From the IMG/VR virus record IMGVR_UViG_2579778778_000007: 34,897 nt of DNA. One strand, written 5' to 3'. This DNA comes from a virus. Its lineage: Duplodnaviria; Heunggongvirae; Uroviricota; Caudoviricetes. Position 1 is the first letter of the stretch, and every line of letters starts with the position of its first letter. Of the stretch, positions 30,486 through 34,897 are shown piece by piece. The notes below the pieces were generated by a model, which did no database searches, had not been told where the DNA came from, and saw only the letters and a program-made list of their open reading frames with translations. The position numbers and the translations under genes were made by a program.

Positions 30486-30656
30486 ATGAGAGGACTTGCA
30501 TACAATCCCGGCATTCTTCCGGCAGAAATGATTATTCGCCAACGCGTAAAGCCAATGCCATCGAGAGAGGAATTGCTTAAGAGAAATTCTTTTCCGTCAG
30601 TGAATCAAAACAAATATCTGAATGCGATGTGGCGGAGTGGGAGGACTAACAAATGA
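30486..30656 (+). CDS. Hypothetical small protein
   Basis: ORF track 30333-30656; ATG 30486 with SD GAGG. Confidence 0.35.
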   Translation: MRGLAYNPGILPAEMIIRQRVKPMPSREELLKRNSFPSVNQNKYLNAMWRSGRTNK

Positions 30657-31339
30657 CCACTATAACCAAAGAGCGACTACTGACAATCAAGCAGTGGCGC
30701 GAAACATACGGACCTGGTAGCAACGTAGTGCTTCCAGCAGAAGAAGCGGAAGAGCTGGCACGGATTGCACTGGCATCACTGGAACGCGAACAGATTCGCC
30801 ACGAGCATGCCAAATGGTCTGACTCCACATTTGGCTGCGTTGGCCCCATTGGTCCACTGAAACACCTCTCAAAAGAGGCTCTGGAAGCCGCAGCAGAACC
30901 AGACGATCTTAGCGAGTGGGCTGATATGCAGTTTCTGTTGTGGGATGCACAGCGCCGTGCTGGCATCAGCGATGCTGAAATTACCGCTGCTATGGAAGAT
31001 AAATTGAAGATCAACATGGAGCGCCAGTGGCCTGAGCCAAAAGATGGTGAGCCTCGCTTGCACATTAAAGAACCCGGCAACTATCCGGTAACTCCGGATG
31101 GTTGGATAAGCTGTAGTGAGCGAATGCCAGAAATGGGAGAGCGACAATGCTATGTGTTAGCAGCTGACTTTAAAAACAACTACCCACCAAACATCCCCAA
31201 CACTCAGGTCGGCGTATATGGCGACTGGTTTAATGATGGCAATCCCACTTGGGATGACGGTGATGGCGAAGACCTGTATCTCAAAGAGGTAACCCACTGG
31301 ATGCCTCTACCAGAACCGCCTCGATTAAAGGAGCTATAA
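30653..31339 (+). CDS. Phage protein with N-terminal DUF550-like and C-terminal DUF551-like regions
   Basis: ORF track 228 aa; C-terminal ...[11 protein letters not shown] as remembered for DUF551 proteins. Confidence 0.5.
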   Translation: MTTITKERLLTIKQWRETYGPGSNVVLPAEEAEELARIALASLEREQIRHEHAKWSDSTFGCVGPIGPLKHLSKEALEAAAEPDDLSEWADMQFLLWDAQRRAGISDAEITAAMEDKLKINMERQWPEPKDGEPRLHIKEPGNYPVTPDGWISCSERMPEMGERQCYVLAADFKNNYPPNIPNTQVGVYGDWFNDGNPTWDDGDGEDLYLKEVTHWMPLPEPPRLKEL

Positions 31340-31453
31340 TAGTGAACTATTATATCTATTTGTATTAAAAGAGTTTTTATAAAATAAATCTTCCAAAGCA
31401 TGTAAAAACACTGTTAATCTTAACGTGTGTGAAACGTGAAGAGAGGTGTTGAA

Positions 31454-31735
31454 ATGAGCATTCATGATTTGTGTGAAGATCAAGAGCAATGGGCTATGCA
31501 GACCCTTATGGGATCAGGAGTTCTTGCAAGGTGCAGAATCCATAACGATGTAATTTTAGACAGCGGAAATGATGCTTATTCTGCTTATAAATTAGGAACT
31601 TACCTATATCAAAAAGATAATAGCTGCAACTTATTCAATACTCTTACTGAAGCCCGCGACGCAATAAAGGATGCATATGAATCGTATTGTGGGATTGATG
31701 ATTGCCCACAATGCTCAAAATACATTGACGATTAA
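31454..31735 (+). CDS. Hypothetical protein (AT-rich moron)
   Basis: ORF track 31436-31735; ATG 31454 with SD GAGAGGTG 5 nt upstream. Confidence 0.5.
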   Translation: MSIHDLCEDQEQWAMQTLMGSGVLARCRIHNDVILDSGNDAYSAYKLGTYLYQKDNSCNLFNTLTEARDAIKDAYESYCGIDDCPQCSKYIDD

Positions 31736-31752
31736 TAATATGAACAAGTAAC

Positions 31753-31783
31753 AATCCTCGCACTCGCGGGGATTTCTTTTATC
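31753..31783 (+). terminator. Rho-independent terminator
   Basis: 9-bp stem AATCCTCGC/GCGGGGATT (one G-U) followed by TCTTTTAT. Confidence 0.55.
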
Positions 31784-31822
31784 TGAACTTGCTACGGCGA
31801 ATTTTGTTTTATGGAGATGATT

Positions 31823-32122
31823 ATGGTCTGTTCAACATTAAACCCTCTAACGTTACAGAAATACCAGCAAGACCCTGAAGATTTATGCTCACTGTGTGGC
31901 GGAAATCATGGTAAAGCCGCCATGATCGAATGTAAGGACAAAATCCACATATGCCTTAATTGCGTTGATGTCCTCGTTGATATCAAAAATGAGAGAGAAG
32001 ATAAAAAGCGTAGCGAGGCTATTCGCGCATTAGATTCATGGATGCGAGATGGGTATAGTGCTGCGCAAATTTATGACTTCGCAATATCAAAAGGCGAAAT
32101 ACCAGGAGTGCGCATCGAATAA
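31823..32122 (+). CDS. Hypothetical protein with CxxC...CxxC zinc-ribbon-like motif
   Basis: ORF track 31811-32122; ATG 31823 has SD GGAG 6 nt upstream; CSLCGG...CLNC. Confidence 0.5.
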   Translation: MVCSTLNPLTLQKYQQDPEDLCSLCGGNHGKAAMIECKDKIHICLNCVDVLVDIKNEREDKKRSEAIRALDSWMRDGYSAAQIYDFAISKGEIPGVRIE

Positions 32123-32162
32123 GACGTAACCAATATTCGAATTGAAGAACTGAAAGAACACC

Positions 32163-32187
32163 AAGCCGCCTGATGGCGGTTTTTTCT
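32163..32187 (+). terminator. Rho-independent terminator upstream of xis
   Basis: GCCGCC-TGAT-GGCGGT followed by TTTTTCTT. Confidence 0.6.
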
Positions 32188-32212
32188 TGCGTGTAATTGC
32201 GGAGACTTTGCG

Positions 32213-32431
32213 ATGTACTTGACACTTCAGGAGTGGAACGCTCGCCAGCGACGCCCAAGAAGCCTTGAAACAGTTCGTCGATGGGTGCGCGAATGCAGGA
32301 TATTCCCTCCTCCGGTTAAGGATGGAAGAGAGTATCTGTTCCACGAATCAGCGGTAAAGGTTGACTTAAATCGACCAGTAACAGGTAGCCTTTTGAAGAG
32401 GATCAGAAATGGGAAGAAGGCGAAGTCATGA
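32213..32431 (+). CDS. xis: Excisionase, lambda Xis
   Basis: ORF track 72 aa; matches remembered lambda Xis; overlaps int start. Confidence 0.9.
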   Translation: MYLTLQEWNARQRRPRSLETVRRWVRECRIFPPPVKDGREYLFHESAVKVDLNRPVTGSLLKRIRNGKKAKS

Positions 32432-33479
32432 GCGCCGGGATTTACCCCCTAACCTTTATATAAGAAACAATGGATATTACTGCTACAGGGACCCAAGGAC
32501 GGGTAAAGAGTTTGGATTAGGCCGAGACAGGAGGATAGCAATCACTGAAGCTATACAGGCCAACATTGAGTTATTTTCAGGACACAAACACAAGCCTCTG
32601 ACAGCGAGAATCAACAGTGATAATTCTGTTACGTTACATTCATGGCTTGATCGCTACGAAAAAATCCTCGCCAGCAGAGGAATCAAGCAGAAGACACTCA
32701 TAAATTACATGAGCAAAATTAAAGCAATAAGGAGGGGTCTGCCTGATGCTCCACTTGAAGACATCACCACAAAAGAAATTGCGGCAATGCTCAATGGATA
32801 CATAGACGAGGGCAAGGCTGCGTCAGCCAAGTTAATCAGATCAACACTGAGCGATGCATTCCGAGAGGCAATAGCTGAAGGCCATATAACAACAAACCCT
32901 GTCGCTGCCACTCGCGCAGCAAAATCAGAGGTAAGGAGATCAAGACTTACGGCTGACGAATACCTGAAAATTTATCAAGCAGCAGAATCATCACCATGTT
33001 GGTTAAGACTTGCAATGGAACTGGCTGTTGTTACCGGACAGCGAGTTGGTGATTTATGCGAAATGAAGTGGTCTGATATCGTAGATGGATATCTTTACGT
33101 CGAGCAAAGCAAAACAGGCGTAAAAATTGCCATCCCTACAACATTGCATGTTGATGCTCTCGGAATATCAATGAAGGAAACACTTGATAAATGCAAAGAG
33201 ATTCTTGGCGGAGAAACCATAATTGCATCTACTCGTCGTGAACCGCTTTCATCCGGCACAGTATCAAGGTATTTTATGCGCGCACGAAAAGCATCAGGTC
33301 TTTCCTTCGAAGGGGATCCGCCTACCTTTCACGAGTTGCGCAGTTTGTCTGCAAGACTCTATGAGAAGCAGATAAGCGATAAGTTTGCTCAACATCTTCT
33401 CGGGCATAAGTCGGACACCATGGCATCACAGTATCGTGATGACAGAGGCAGGGAGTGGGACAAAATTGAAATCAAATAA
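32409..33479 (+). CDS. int: Integrase, lambda Int (tyrosine recombinase)
   Basis: ORF track 356 aa; essentially identical to remembered lambda Int. Confidence 0.95.
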   Translation: MGRRRSHERRDLPPNLYIRNNGYYCYRDPRTGKEFGLGRDRRIAITEAIQANIELFSGHKHKPLTARINSDNSVTLHSWLDRYEKILASRGIKQKTLINYMSKIKAIRRGLPDAPLEDITTKEIAAMLNGYIDEGKAASAKLIRSTLSDAFREAIAEGHITTNPVAATRAAKSEVRRSRLTADEYLKIYQAAESSPCWLRLAMELAVVTGQRVGDLCEMKWSDIVDGYLYVEQSKTGVKIAIPTTLHVDALGISMKETLDKCKEILGGETIIASTRREPLSSGTVSRYFMRARKASGLSFEGDPPTFHELRSLSARLYEKQISDKFAQHLLGHKSDTMASQYRDDRGREWDKIEIK

Positions 33480-33567
33480 TGATTTTATTTTGACTGATAG
33501 TGACCTGTTCGTTGCAACAAATTGATAAGCAATGCTTTTTTATAATGCCTACTTAGTATAAAAAAGC
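33480..33567. other. Prophage attL: lambda P' arm (33480-33552) and 15-bp core (33553-33567, GCTTTTTTATACTAA on minus strand) joined to bacterial arm
   Basis: Reverse complement reads ...GAAGCCTGCTTTTTTATACTAAGTAGGCATTATAAAAAAGCATTGCTTATCAATTTG..., matching remembered lambda att sequence with one difference. Confidence 0.85.
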
Positions 33568-33613
33568 AGGCTTCAACGGATTCATTTTTCTATTTCATAG
33601 CCCGGAGCAACCT

Positions 33614-34897
33614 GTGAACACATTTTCAGTTTCCCGTCTGGCGCTGGCATTGGCTTTTGGCGTGACGCTGACCGCCTGTAGCTCAACCCCGCCCGATCAA
33701 CGTCCTTCTGATCAAACCGCGCCTGGTACCTCTTCTCGCCCGATTCTGTCGGCAAAAGAAGCGCAGAATTTCGATGCTCAACACTATTTTGCATCCCTGA
33801 CACCAGGTGCTGCAGCGTGGAATCCTTCCCCGATTACCCTGCCTGCGCAACCTGACTTTGTTGTCGGCCCGGCGGGCACTCAAGGTGTAACGCATACCAC
33901 GATTCAGGCGGCGGTAGATGCGGCAATTATCAAGCGTACCAACAAGCGCCAGTATATTGCCGTGATGCCTGGTGAGTATCAGGGAACGGTATATGTCCCT
34001 GCCGCTCCGGGTGGAATTACTCTGTACGGTACAGGTGAAAAACCGATTGATGTGAAGATTGGGCTTTCCCTTGATGGTGGCATGAGCCCTGCCGACTGGC
34101 GTCACGACGTCAACCCGCGCGGCAAATATATGCCAGGTAAACCAGCGTGGTATATGTACGATAGCTGCCAGAGCAAACGCAGCGACAGTATCGGTGTTCT
34201 CTGCTCTGCGGTCTTCTGGTCACAAAACAATGGCCTGCAACTGCAAAATCTGACCATCGAAAACACGCTGGGCGATAGCGTAGATGCAGGTAACCATCCG
34301 GCGGTGGCACTGCGTACTGATGGTGACCAGGTACAGATTAACAACGTTAACATTCTCGGTCGTCAGAACACCTTCTTTGTCACCAACAGCGGTGTGCAGA
34401 ACCGTCTGGAAACCAACCGTCAGCCGCGTACGCTGGTGACCAACAGCTACATTGAAGGGGATGTGGATATCGTTTCTGGTCGCGGCGCAGTGGTGTTCGA
34501 TAACACCGAATTCCGCGTGGTGAACTCACGTACTCAGCAAGAAGCGTATGTGTTTGCACCGGCTACGCTGTCCAACATTTACTACGGTTTCCTCGCCGTA
34601 AACAGCCGTTTCAATGCTTTCGGTGATGGTGTGGCGCAACTGGGCCGCTCGCTGGATGTTGATGCCAATACCAACGGTCAGGTGGTGATCCGTGATAGCG
34701 CCATCAACGAAGGTTTTAACACGGCTAAACCGTGGGCCGATGCGGTGATCTCTAATCGTCCGTTTGCGGGTAATACCGGCAGCGTAGATGATAACGACGA
34801 AATACAGCGCAATCTGAATGACACTAACTACAACCGCATGTGGGAATACAATAACCGCGGCGTGGGTAGTAAAGTGGTTGCAGAGGCGAAGAAGTAA
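33614..34897 (+). CDS. ybhC: Host outer-membrane lipoprotein YbhC (pectinesterase-family protein)
   Basis: ORF track 427 aa; lipoprotein signal with lipobox LTAC; the host gene that flanks attB-lambda. Confidence 0.85.
   Translation: MNTFSVSRLALALAFGVTLTACSSTPPDQRPSDQTAPGTSSRPILSAKEAQNFDAQHYFASLTPGAAAWNPSPITLPAQPDFVVGPAGTQGVTHTTIQAAVDAAIIKRTNKRQYIAVMPGEYQGTVYVPAAPGGITLYGTGEKPIDVKIGLSLDGGMSPADWRHDVNPRGKYMPGKPAWYMYDSCQSKRSDSIGVLCSAVFWSQNNGLQLQNLTIENTLGDSVDAGNHPAVALRTDGDQVQINNVNILGRQNTFFVTNSGVQNRLETNRQPRTLVTNSYIEGDVDIVSGRGAVVFDNTEFRVVNSRTQQEAYVFAPATLSNIYYGFLAVNSRFNAFGDGVAQLGRSLDVDANTNGQVVIRDSAINEGFNTAKPWADAVISNRPFAGNTGSVDDNDEIQRNLNDTNYNRMWEYNNRGVGSKVVAEAKK

Overview
The window is almost entirely one lambdoid prophage (about 1-33567; left end runs off the window) integrated at the E. 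coli lambda attachment site, followed by host gene ybhC (33614-34897). It is a mosaic: lambda-type int/xis/attL and lambda-type immunity region (OL/pL, cI, OR, cro), a P22/21-type N with matching nut boxB hairpins, an O-plus-DnaB-helicase replication module with iterons inside O, nin genes, a P22-like erf/ssb recombination module, and a P22-like virion gene set (portal, scaffold, coat, gp4, gp10, tail needle, gp14, ejection proteins, mnt/arc/ant immI-like region, tailspike). All homology calls are from reading the translations against remembered protein sequences; no database search was run. The prophage looks defective: ninI is cut short at its 3' end and fused directly to a large-terminase gene that lacks its 5' end, so the late antiterminator Q, the lysis genes and the small terminase are absent from the window, and ninG is also truncated. 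The best candidates for an undescribed system are (a) a three-gene cassette downstream of cI in the position lambda uses for rexAB (25503-26755) and (b) a divergently transcribed gene pair with paired inverted-repeat operators between the ejection-protein genes and the immI region (4494-5948). Neither has homology I can recognise, and their function is inferred from position only.
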